Source of the DNA: Tubiluchus corallicola
Lineage: Eukaryota; Animalia; Priapulida
Assembly (NCBI GenBank): GCA_030141605.1
Contig: JAQGDQ010001009.1
Span: 1-64,000 of the forward strand
Length of the DNA stretch: 64,000 bases
Direction: 5' to 3'
In this document: piece after piece, positions 1-10,763 of the stretch
Layout of the letters: the number at the start of each line of letters is the position of its first letter
How positions within the stretch are numbered: the first letter of the stretch is position 1
The notes under the pieces: generated by a model
What the model saw: the letters and a program-made list of their open reading frames with translations, nothing else
Told to the model about the DNA's origin: nothing
The model's database searches: none
Program-made: the position numbers and the translations under genes

Positions 1-1022
1 TTGGGGTATCTAGTAGGACCATGCCTACTAGGCATATCTAGTAGGACCCTGCAGAATTGGGGTATCTAATAGGACCATGCAGAATTGGGGTATCTAGTAG
101 GACCATGCTTAGTAGGCATATCTAGTAGGACCATGCAGAGTTGGGTATCTAGTAGGACCATGCAGAATTTGGGACCATGCCTAGTAGGCATATCTAGTAG
201 GACCATGCAGAATTGGGGTATCTAGTAGGACCATGCAGAATTGGGGTATCTAGTAGGACCATGCAGAATTGGGGTATCTAGTAGGACCATGCCTAGTAGG
301 CATATCTAGTAGGACCATGCAGAGTTGGGGTATCTAGTAGGACCATGCAGAATAGGGGTATCTAGTAGGACCATGCAGAGTTGGGGTATCTAGTAGGACC
401 ATACAGAATTGGGGTATCTAGTAGGACCATGCCTAGTAGGCATATCTAGTAGGACCATGCAGAATTGGGGTATCTAGTAGGACGATGGAGAATAGGGGTA
501 TCTAATAGGACCATGCAGAATTGGGGTATCTAGTAGGACCATGCAGAATTGGGGTATCTAGTAGGACCATGCCTACTAGGCATATCTAGTAGGACCCTGC
601 AGAATTGGGGTATCTAGTAGGACCATGCAGAATTGGGGTATCTAGTAGGACCATGCAGAATTGGGGTATCTAGTAGGACCATGCTTAGTAGGCATATCTA
701 GTAGGACCATGCAGAGTTGGGTATCTAGTAGGACCATGCAGAATTTGGGACCATGCCTAGTAGGCATATCTAGTAGGACCATGCAGAATTGGGGTATCTA
801 GTAGGACCATGCAGAATTGGGGTATCTAGTAGGACCATGCAGAATTGGGGTATCTAGTAGGACCATGCCTACTAGGCATATCTAGTAGGACCCTGCAGAA
901 TTGGGGTATCTAGTAGGACAATGCAGAATTGGGATATCTAGTAGGACCATGCAGAATTGGGGTATCTAGTAGGACCATGCAGAGTTGGGGTATCTAGTAG
1001 GACCATGCAGAGTTAGGGTATA
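1..1022. repeat. 28-bp satellite array (runs off the window start)
   Basis: Unit TTGGGGTATCTAGTAGGACCATGCAGAA with a variant unit containing ATGCCTA(C/G)TAGGCAT. The same rare variants recur at 105 and 681 (about 576-bp higher-order period). Confidence 0.97.
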
Positions 1023-1531
1023 GGGTATTGTATTTTTCAACAAATTAAAATATGATGTCATGCCTTCAAAGAATGGTCTAACGAAACCTAATGTTGATAA
1101 ATACTATGACATGTTAAAAATACATGCACTAAATAATGGAAAAAATATGGTGCGAACAGCAAAGACTTGATGGGGCTTTAAGAATTGTATGGGATTGGGT
1201 AAAAAACGTGAGATCAAAATGTTATGATTAGAAGGAAATAGTGATAAGAAATAACAAAACGTACTTCAGTGATGCCCTAGTCGTTTAGTAAATGCTTGTC
1301 ATCAAAGATCCGTTCTAGTAAATTCTAATAACATTCTAGTAATATTGTAGTATATACGTTGCATGGTGTAATATTGTACATTATTATTACTGTAGTAGGT
1401 GTATTACATGTATTTAACCACTTTGCCATAAATTAAGATCTAAGCAACTATTTGTATTTTGGTTAATTTACGTCAAAAAATGTATAAATCACTAGCAGTC
1501 GTGACAACAACCCTTAAGAAAACCACAACCT

Positions 1532-2940
1532 TGTATAAGTGTAACCTTAGGTGTTAAACAAGGATCCCCTTCCTCGTGTTTTCTGTTCACACTCTACGTT
1601 AATAAACTTATAAGAAACCTCAAGGAAAAGTGCAGACCAGATGGTTTTCTAGGGATGTTACACTGTTTGTTATTGATGGATGATACTATTATCCTATCGA
1701 CAACCAGAGAAGGACTTCTGGAAAAGACTTCTAGGCATCCTTGAAGAATTTTGTCGTGAGTCAGGAATGGTAATTAACGAATCTAAAACCAAATTTATGG
1801 TTATTAACGGTAACGAAAGGGATAAAAGGGTTATTATCCGCGAGAACATAGTAATTAGGATATGTGAGTATTACGTTTATCTCGGATCTGTGTTCAGTGC
1901 TTCAGGAAAGTTGCAGCCCTCACTGGAAAAACATTGCGAAGAAAAGTTTACCCATGTTCTTAAATATGTATCATTTGTGAACAAAAACTCACTATTCCCA
2001 TTCTGGGTTAAGAAAAAAGTGATGGACGCGGTAATGCTATCATCTATTTTCTACAGCTGTGAATCTTGGTTGACTGGCAATCTTAAACCGATAAATGTGA
2101 TGTACAATTCTGTGATTAAAGCATTGCTTGGCGTCAGGAAGACAACCGCTAATGACTTATGTTTAGTCGAGCTAGGATTACCTTCTGCCAAAGCGTACGT
2201 TCAAAACGTGCAATCAAAGTTCTTTAGACGGATAATCGAATCGAGAGCCAACGAGGCCGACGACCCATTTTCAATAGTATGGAATTTGTGCTCAGAAGCG
2301 AACACACCATGTGTACAATATGTGAAAGCTATCCTTCGTAAAACGGATATTATCTCTGACGACCTCGTGAACACAAAACAACATATCAGGGATTCCGAGA
2401 GAACTAAACTGTGCACCTATCTCTATCTGAATCCCGAACTATCTGTCAGTGCAATGTATAGCGTTAAAGTAAATGAGCTCCATAGGATTAAAACATCTCG
2501 GTTACGCCTCTCCTCACATAACCTAGCTATTGAGACTGGAAGATGGGCAAGGATAAAAAGAGAGGACAGGCTATGCTCCTGTTCTGGCTTAAACATTCAA
2601 ACAGAAGAGCATGTTATCTGTTTTTGTCCACTTACTAATCACCTTCGTGAAGATAACACTGAACTGAGCTTCAACGTTTTACATGAATTTTTCAATGGAA
2701 ACCCAAACTCATATTGTGAATTTGTAAATAACTGTTTAGCGATTTTTGGACAGTAATGATCATGTTAGGCGATAATAAGTGTGTAGTGAGAATGTGTAAA
2801 TAATTCTTCAGTTATTTTTTTTGACAGTAATGATCATGTTATATGATCAAAAGTCCTTTTTTTGTAATGATCTATGGACTGAACCAAATGTTCGACTATC
2901 TCTTAATCAGTCAATAAACATATATATATATATATATATA
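1532..2940 (+). mobile_element. 5'-truncated non-LTR retrotransposon (CR1/L2-group-like), RT C-terminal half plus 3' UTR and (TA)n tail
   Basis: GVKQGSPSSCFLFTLYVN from 1550 and LLMDD motif near 1670-1685. An apparent +1 frameshift near 1722 joins this to ORF 1680..2756 (INESKTKFM, YVYLGS, RLSSHNLAIETGRW, C-x-C...EEHVICFC). AATAAA near 2913 is followed by (TA)n. Confidence 0.9.
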
Positions 2941-4423
2941 GCTTAACTGACTGATTCCTCATTCTGCTAATTTAAGAATGCATGTGCCATGTTGTAACGA
3001 TCTGACGACATCGGGTATGTTGTTTTATTGAAGGTAGTCGCTGGATAACAATTTGACTGACCTGACCGAGCTAAAGAAATGGGAGACCAATCATCTATCT
3101 GTCAGCTCCAGACAGTGGCGAGCTTATAGGCAATCTACAGGGCGCCTGTCTATTGAGCAGAGTGGTTTGGATGTGGGATGCACTGTTTATATTGCTTGGA
3201 GCATTGTACTCATTGTAATAATGCAAACGACAATACATAGGCAACTAATGCACAAACAATCAACTGTATAAATTTTGTAGAAGTAATCATTAAACAACAG
3301 CAAAAAATATATGTAAAAAACACTGTCATTAATCAAATACTAGTTTAACTACATTTGCATGAGCTAAACATGGTTACCTTTTACGGTGTTCACTAAATAA
3401 ACAAAACACTAAGCCTGGGACTTTTACAACAGCTAAACCTAACTAAAAAGGGGCACCTATTTGCCAAACTACAGGACCGTGATGTAGTCCTCGCTAAAGC
3501 TTTGATGATCAACCGGCATTATCTCACTTAGAAATACACAATGGAGGTTGCGTAGGCCTACTAAGTTTTCCGTAGGGCGCCTCTATGATGAGGTGCAAGC
3601 TCAGTGTCTATTAGTATCACCACCAATTTCTTGAACAACAAGGAGGTTAAGTCCAGCTTCCCCGCAACTGGTAGCATCAGATAAACTATTATTACAAGCG
3701 ATTAAACTGGCACTCTCGCAGTACTTACTAACCTTGGCTAAAGGTCATTATCGTTTACAGGCTATAGAAAAAACCTTTTAATACTCATATTATTAAGTAT
3801 AAACGTAGTGTTCATGAAATTTAGGTCATCTTTGTCGGTGTCCCTTGTCACAGGGGGCTGAATTTTCTAACATTCGTGCAGCTGTTTTTATAGTAGGTAA
3901 TGTACAGTATAGTTTTTACTATTACCTATAGGCTCTTGTCTTTTTGCTCTTTTGTGTAGTTCTCTGTAGGTATGCAGCGCCTTTAGGTTGACTTCTCGGC
4001 AGTCTTCACAAACCTGCACGCCCTGGCGCCCGCAATAGTGTGTAACGTTAATTCATTTCATGCAGTTTCCCACTAGATCACATCAGTAGGCAGAAAACTT
4101 TTCTTTCATTGCCAAAACATTTGGGTACGATGTGATGGATGTCTATTTCTCACACTTTAGTCAAAAGTGAGAGGTCTGTTAAATTTCACTGAATGTAACT
4201 TATACAACATCTAGTGCAGCAAAAAAAGAACTTAGGCAAAACAATGAAAATTTGTTTTTAAAAATAAAAACAATACCTGAAAATGAATAAAATCATGTTT
4301 CAAAAAACTGATGAAAACAAAGCGATACAAAGCAACTAAAGCAGCATGTTTAAAAAACTGGTAAACATAAGAAAAGACAGTAAAAATGTTTTCTGTTCCA
4401 TTAATTTATACTTATAACAACAA

Positions 4424-6910
4424 CTAATTCTTTCCTCCAATGAGACCGCCTGACACCGTCTCAAGTGTTTCTGCCAAAATAGTTCCTGAATGATAATCTT
4501 CCATCTCTTCTTCCTCTACAGAAGTAACCTCAACGTCTGCCTTTTTTCTTCTTATTGAATCATTCTTTGTTTCAGCATGCTCTTTTTCTTCATCTGCTTT
4601 TACAGTAGTAGCTTCAACATCGGTATGCTTTTCTGCATCACTTCTTTTTTGTGACTCATCTTCTGTTTCCACACCATCTTCTTTTTCATATCTTTTTAAC
4701 ACATTTTCACTTGAAGTAAAACCAGTATCATCAAACTCTTCCATTTCTTCTTCATTAATTGAATCAACAACCATTTCAGCATCCGTCTCCGCTTTGACAA
4801 CCTTGGCAGAAGCGTCTTTTGCTACACCTTCCTTTTCTGTCTCGTCACCAGAACTAGTGCTAATGTCCGACTTTCTTTGTCTGATCAGATAAACCAATAG
4901 TGCAACTATTACACCAAACAATACCACAATAACTAGAATCAATAGTACAAGTCCAGAAGAAACACTTCCTGTGCTTGACAGTAGCAGGTGTGGATCACTC
5001 GTTGATGCGTCACCTTTAGTCGGTGATGTAATTATTGCTACAGCATAACCACATCGATTTTTGCTATTTGATCCAACTATGCAAGCACTTAAGCCAATCA
5101 CCATCTTTCCGTTTGCGTCTGCAGTCAGGGTAATCTTTCCTTCGGACTTAATTCGAGCGACATTTTTGTAGTTTAGAATTGAGTATAATAACAGCGCATT
5201 ATTGAGAGTTTCAAACTTCGCTTTTACTTGACCAATAAATGATCCAGCAACTCCTGTACTGTTGAACACGTAGGGATTTTGAACAAACTTGGGACTTTCC
5301 AGTGCCGCATTTTTCACATCAACAGTAACATCAACAGTTCCTACTATCCGCCATGTTTCAGTATTGTAAACCAATACAGCAAGTTCGTAGCGATCCTTAA
5401 TGCCTTCATTTAGCTTTGAAGCTATAACCAGACGTAAGATTGATGCACTTGCATTTTGCAGTTTATTTACGTTTAAACTAAAGTCATTTACCGCCGAATC
5501 CTGCTTTGGATTTACTAATGAATATCTGAGGGGCATTTCTGAATTACCAATAAGAGCAGGCACAAATAATATCATTGTCTCAGCACGTTCGTGATCAAAC
5601 ACATCGACTGAAAAACTTTCCTTTTTGAACTTCACAGAATTGTGTCTGATTTCAACAGATAAGAGTGCTCTGTCATAATGTGTAGCAACATCACGTTCTG
5701 TCGCTTGAACAAGAGTGTGGTAAATAACCGATGGAGAAAGATTTTCAGCAACCGTAATTTCACCGTTTGTTTCATCTATTTTAAATTTGTTTTCTATTTG
5801 GCTTGGATACGGAAAAGAGAAAAACACAACATTTCCTAGTCCATCTTTGTCATTTGCTTTAATCTTTGCTGGTTCAACTTTCAGTGGTGTACTAAAATCT
5901 TCTTTATCCACCTCGACCTGATACATATTGTGAGAAAATTTAGGATTTTCGTTATTTGTATTTTCTATAATAACATTAAAACTATATTTTCTGTTCCGTC
6001 TTTTAGCTGGAGAACCATCAATCGATGGTGCTTTGAACTTAGTATTGGGTATCAACCAAAGATTTACCACCAGAGGCTTTGTGGTCTTGTAGTGTACTTT
6101 CTTATTCAGATAAACAACAAAGTCAATTTTCTTTGTTGGCTGATAAGAATTAAAATCCTTTTCTAAAGTTTTACCTTGAAAATATTCCTGTCCGGTGCAG
6201 TTAGAACTGCCACCGTGGTTCACAAGTGAGCCGAGGCATATCTTAAAATCCCGTGCATATTTAAATCTGTCTGAGTCTTCGGCATGAAATTTCCACAATT
6301 GTGAGCCAATTAGAGCGTCTTCAGGAAGATACATTGCAGGGGAGTCTGATACAGGATCATAATGGTCTATAGGCTTTATTACGAGTGTAAGAGTGAAGTC
6401 ACTCCACCTGCTTTTATCACTGGGGTTACATTGATAGTTCGTTCCATAGAAGCCCCTCCCTTTAAAGCAGCCCAGGCATCTAAACTTCAGTAAAAGTTTG
6501 GGTTTTTCCTGTTGAAGTTGATCTCTTTTTTTGTTTAACAGATAATCACCAATTGTTCCACGACTCATGTACTTTAAGTAAGGACCGTGTGTTACTTTAT
6601 CCCCCTGGTTGTCATGTCCTGGCATAAACATGTAGCGGTCAGCACTGATACCGTTTATTGTTTTAAGGACAGCAAGTCCATAGTAAATGGTAGATCCTTT
6701 TCTGTAGTCACGAATCCCCAAACGTATTCTGTTTCCTGTCTGAAAGAGTTCTTCCGAGACTGTTAATTCATATGACGTACTCGGTGAATTGTGACATGCT
6801 TCTCGAGGTGGCGTGCCTCCTGACAATTTCGTGGATACGTACCACCAACCTACGCTGAATCTCAAAACTGCAAAAAGTAAGAACAGTGTTTCAAACAATT
6901 TGCATTCCAT
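4424..6910 (-). CDS. Intronless single-pass non-classical cadherin-like protein, 828 aa (signal peptide, about 5 divergent EC repeats, TM, acidic tail)
   Basis: Hydrophobic N-terminus; cadherin motifs YLPEDALIGS, HAEDSD, IENTNNENPKF, IKANDKDG, FKIDETNGEITV, LVQATE; TM GLVLLILVIVVLFGVIVALLVYLI followed by RQRK; no classical catenin-binding tail recognised. Confidence 0.88.
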   Translation of the reverse strand: MECKLFETLFLLFAVLRFSVGWWYVSTKLSGGTPPREACHNSPSTSYELTVSEELFQTGNRIRLGIRDYRKGSTIYYGLAVLKTINGISADRYMFMPGHDNQGDKVTHGPYLKYMSRGTIGDYLLNKKRDQLQQEKPKLLLKFRCLGCFKGRGFYGTNYQCNPSDKSRWSDFTLTLVIKPIDHYDPVSDSPAMYLPEDALIGSQLWKFHAEDSDRFKYARDFKICLGSLVNHGGSSNCTGQEYFQGKTLEKDFNSYQPTKKIDFVVYLNKKVHYKTTKPLVVNLWLIPNTKFKAPSIDGSPAKRRNRKYSFNVIIENTNNENPKFSHNMYQVEVDKEDFSTPLKVEPAKIKANDKDGLGNVVFFSFPYPSQIENKFKIDETNGEITVAENLSPSVIYHTLVQATERDVATHYDRALLSVEIRHNSVKFKKESFSVDVFDHERAETMILFVPALIGNSEMPLRYSLVNPKQDSAVNDFSLNVNKLQNASASILRLVIASKLNEGIKDRYELAVLVYNTETWRIVGTVDVTVDVKNAALESPKFVQNPYVFNSTGVAGSFIGQVKAKFETLNNALLLYSILNYKNVARIKSEGKITLTADANGKMVIGLSACIVGSNSKNRCGYAVAIITSPTKGDASTSDPHLLLSSTGSVSSGLVLLILVIVVLFGVIVALLVYLIRQRKSDISTSSGDETEKEGVAKDASAKVVKAETDAEMVVDSINEEEMEEFDDTGFTSSENVLKRYEKEDGVETEDESQKRSDAEKHTDVEATTVKADEEKEHAETKNDSIRRKKADVEVTSVEEEEMEDYHSGTILAETLETVSGGLIGGKN

Positions 6911-8125
6911 CTTACTCTATCAACATGTGTTGTCCTCTCATTGGCAAGTACGGCAGTAGTCATTGGCAAATTTGTTAAAAGTCACTTGTTAAATTTTTAC
7001 GCGTCTCTTCCCTTCTCTTATTAGCAATAGAAATTTATGTTCTATTTGCTCTATTGTTTTTGCTCTATTGTTTCCATGACTGTCATTGTCACAGCATTGT
7101 TGCTTGGTGAATTCATCACCGTTCCAAAATAAATTTAGAATACCAGACTGTTAACTATGCCTGCAGCATTCGAACATGTGACACGCTGCGCCATCCAACG
7201 GCAGTCGAGTAAAAAAGCAATGTAGGTAAAAACGGCTTAGGAAAAAATGGTACAAATATAAACGTAGGTCAAAATGACATCTTTAGTAAATATATGCTTA
7301 GGGCTAGGGTTATGGTGGTGGATAATTACATTTACCTCTGCCAATGAAGTTATACTTTAACACAGTTTGTTTGTTTGTCTGTTTGATTGTTTTTTGTTTG
7401 TTATGGCAGTATAACGCAAAAAACAGATTTCCGAGAAAAGGCGGATATAGGGTCCTCAAATAAAAATCTTTCTGCTGGTTCTTTTTTCCAAAAACTTGAT
7501 CGAACAACACTTACAAAAAGCATTCGTGAAGAAACGTTGTGAAGATCTCAGGGGAGTGTTTAGTAGATCTTTTGTTATGTTCACCTGGTCAGACAACCAC
7601 GAGTAGTTCCAGTTCCATTTCGAGAAATTGCCACTTGGAAACTGTGTATCGCTGTCTATAATTTTTGCTTGTTAATGTGCATATAGCCTTATAAGGTGAT
7701 TTGATATGTAAATACGTATATTTGTCAGTCTGTTACTATCACCAAAATTAATGGTTAATATATATATATATATAATAATCTTTATTTGCCATTAAAAACA
7801 TTGATAATCACTGATAAAAACTTTATAGAGATAATCAATCAGTGTTAAAAAAGTAGATAAACAATATGTGGAACATTCGTACATTATTGATTGTAAGTTT
7901 ATTTTGCCAATCTTTTGTTAGTCTGTATAATACCAATACAGGTACATTTTTCCATGTTTGCTTGTTCACATTCGTGTTAATTTTTTTAATAAAAAAATTA
8001 GACGAATAAATTTAGAATTTTGGCTTTTGCAGTCTGCTTTTTACTGAGCGCATTCTAATTTTATTATAAAAATCAATTTCATCAAAATAACATGAGTGCC
8101 AATTTCTACTGCTTTCCATGTGTGT

Positions 8126-9130
8126 CATTTTTCCCTGCACCATTTTCCCTGCATCGTTTTCCCTGCACCATTTTTCCCTGCACCATTTTGCCTGCACCAT
8201 TTTTCCCTGCACCATTTTTCCTGTGCCATTTTTCTTGTACCATTTTTCTTTATGCCATTTTCCCCTGCACCATTTTCCCCTGTACCATTTTTCCCTGCGC
8301 CGATTTTCCCTGTGCCATTTTTTCCTGCACCATTTTTCTCTGTGCCAATTTTCCCTGTACCATTTTTCCCAGTACGATTTTCCTATGACAATTTTCCCTG
8401 CACTATTCTTCCCAGTGCCAATTTTCACTGCACCATTTTTTCCTTTGCCATTTTCCCCTACACCATTTTCCCGGCACTATTTGTCCCTGCACCATTTTTC
8501 CCTGCACCATTTTTCTCTGCGCCATTTTTCCCTGTGCAATTTTTCCCTGCACCATTTTTTCCTGTGCCGATATTCCCTGTACCATTTTTCCCAGTACAAT
8601 TTTCCTATGCCAATTTTCCCTGCACTATTCTTCTCAGTGCCAATTTTCACTGCACCATTTTTTCCTTTGCCATTTTCCCTACACCATTTTTCCCGGCACT
8701 ATTTTTCCCTGCACCATTTTTTCCTTTGCAATTTTTCCCTACACCATTTTCCCGGCACTATTTGTCCCTGCACCATTTTTCCCTGCGCCATTTTTCTCTG
8801 CGTCATTTTTCCCTGTGCCATTTTTCCCTGCACCATTTTTCCCTGTGCCAATTTTCCCTGTAACATTTTTCCCAGTACCATGTTCCCTTGCCAATTTTCC
8901 CTGCACTATTCTTCCCAGTGCCAATTTTCACTTCACCATTTTTTCCTTTGCCATTTTCCCTACACCATTTTTCCTGGCACTATTTTTTTCTGCACCATTT
9001 TTCCCTGCACCATTTTTCCCTGTACCATTTTTCCCAGTACCATTTTCCCATGCCAATTTTCCCTGCACTATTCTTCCCAGTGCCATTTCCCCCTACACCA
9101 TTTTTCCCGGCACTATTTTTCCCTGCACTA
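8126..9130. repeat. About 15-bp tandem array (CCCTGCACCATTTTT) with larger duplicated blocks
   Basis: Direct inspection; explains the overlapping PFFP/HHFS/CTIF ORFs. Confidence 0.95.
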
Positions 9131-9142
9131 AAATTTTAGCCA

Positions 9143-9756
9143 GTTCTTACTTTTTGCAATTTTGAGATTCAGCTTAGGTTGGTGGTACACATCCATGGAA
9201 TTGTCAGGAGGCACGCCACCTCGAAAAGCATGTCGTAATTCACCGAGTACGTCATATGAATTAACAGTTTCGGAAGTATTCTTTCAGACAGGAAACAGAA
9301 TACGTTTGGGGATTCGTGACTACAAAGATGGATCTTCCATTTACTATGGACTTGCTGTCCTTAGAACAATAAACGGTATCCGCACTGACGCCTCCTTGTT
9401 TATGACAGGACATGACAACCCGGGGAATGAAGTATCACCGGGTCCTTATTTAAAGTACACGCGTCGTGGAACAATTGGTGATTATCTGTTATCCAAAAAA
9501 AAGAAATCAACTTCAACAGGAAAAACCCAAACTTTTACTGAAGTTTAGATGCCTGGGCTGCTTTAAAGGGAGGGGCTTCTGGGGAACGAACTATCAATGT
9601 AACCCCAGTGATAAAAGCAGGTTCAGTGACTTCACTCTTACCCTCGTAATAAAGCCTATAGACCATTATGATCCTGTATCAGACTCCCCTGCAATGTATC
9701 TTCCTGAAGACGCTCTAATTGGCTCACAATTGTGGAAATTTCATGCCGAAGACTCA
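9143..9756 (+). pseudogene. Inverted partial copy of the cadherin gene 5' region (codons about 10-213)
   Basis: Aligns to the reverse complement of 6272-6884 at about 93% (42 substitutions, one extra A in the A-run at about 9495-9502). Lacks the ATG and first 9 codons; no in-frame stops apart from the frameshift. Confidence 0.93.
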
Positions 9757-9824
9757 ACTCTGCATGGTCCTACTAGATACCCCTACTAGGAATGGTCCTA
9801 CTAGATACCCCAACTCTGCATGGT
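9757..9824 (-). repeat. Short piece of the 28-bp satellite at the end of the cadherin copy
   Basis: ACTCTGCATGGTCCTACTAGATACCCC is the reverse complement of the 1-1022 unit. Confidence 0.9.
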
Positions 9825-10150
9825 ACGCCCCGTAGAGGTACCTATGAGAAACTGATTCAGTTTCTAAACTACTAACATCTGTGTACTACTACCTCACCGC
9901 TCGGCTAGGAGTACTAGGTTGGGAATTGTTGAAGTAAATCTGATTTAAATAAAGAACAGAAAGCCAACAAGTAAAACCCGGCGTCACACCCACTAAAGGT
10001 GGTCCACGTAACCGAGGCAGCAAATTTGAAGTACACTTGGTCATTGCAACGCCAACTTATTTTATCCCTTCGTATTTTTATTAGCATTTTGTAAAGAGTT
10101 AATTAAGCTTGTAATGTAAGCATTTTTAAACTAAACATAGTGCTCGCCAT

Positions 10151-10162
10151 AACAACAACAAC

Positions 10163-10222
<60 letters not shown>
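10151..10222. repeat. (AAC)n(AAT)n compound microsatellite, left flank of the LTR element
   Basis: Direct inspection. Confidence 0.95.
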
Positions 10223-10740
10223 TGTGGATGCGCCCAGTCCAGGCAATAAAACGGCAAAAATCTGTATTGAACTGTGCGATAGACCTGCAATTTATTAAAC
10301 TACAGGATTACAAAAGGTGCTTTGGAATGTGCAAAAGCTTATTACCATTTAGACAAAAAGTTTTAAGAAGTTTTAAGAAGACTGAAACAAATTATTACTT
10401 TATGACTCTATGAAGCAATTTTAACCAATTTAAACGTTTAACTAATTATAAAGGTAAATGTGACTTACATTTACTGGTGACTTGGCTTGAAAATGCAACT
10501 AGTTAATAGACAAAAACAATGAAATTATCACAAAACGGAATGAACAGTATAGCGGCAACAGAAAGTGTGACTACGTATAGAAACAAGTTTGATTGATAGG
10601 TGGCGTGCACTACTAAAAGCGTAAGTCACATGACTAAGGCTGGCTTCCTTTTTAAACAGTTTTGCATATGCATATTTGTAAATTTGTAAAAAGAAAACAA
10701 ATAATGATAGAATTTTTTATTGAATTGCTTGACACCAACA
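10223..10740 (-). repeat. 3' LTR (518 bp)
   Basis: TGTGGATG...CACCAACA; 11 substitutions versus the other LTR by hand count (about 98%). Confidence 0.96.
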
Positions 10741-10763
10741 TCTGGCTCCCCCAAAATGTCTTC

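Noticed and set aside
1-1022. Hairpin + CTAG in the variant satellite unit as Helitron 3' ends
   Set aside because: Spacing is only 2 nt and no Helitron 5' end or Rep/helicase is visible.
8012-9165. Pro/Phe/His-rich ORFs
   Set aside because: Artefacts of the 15-bp array.
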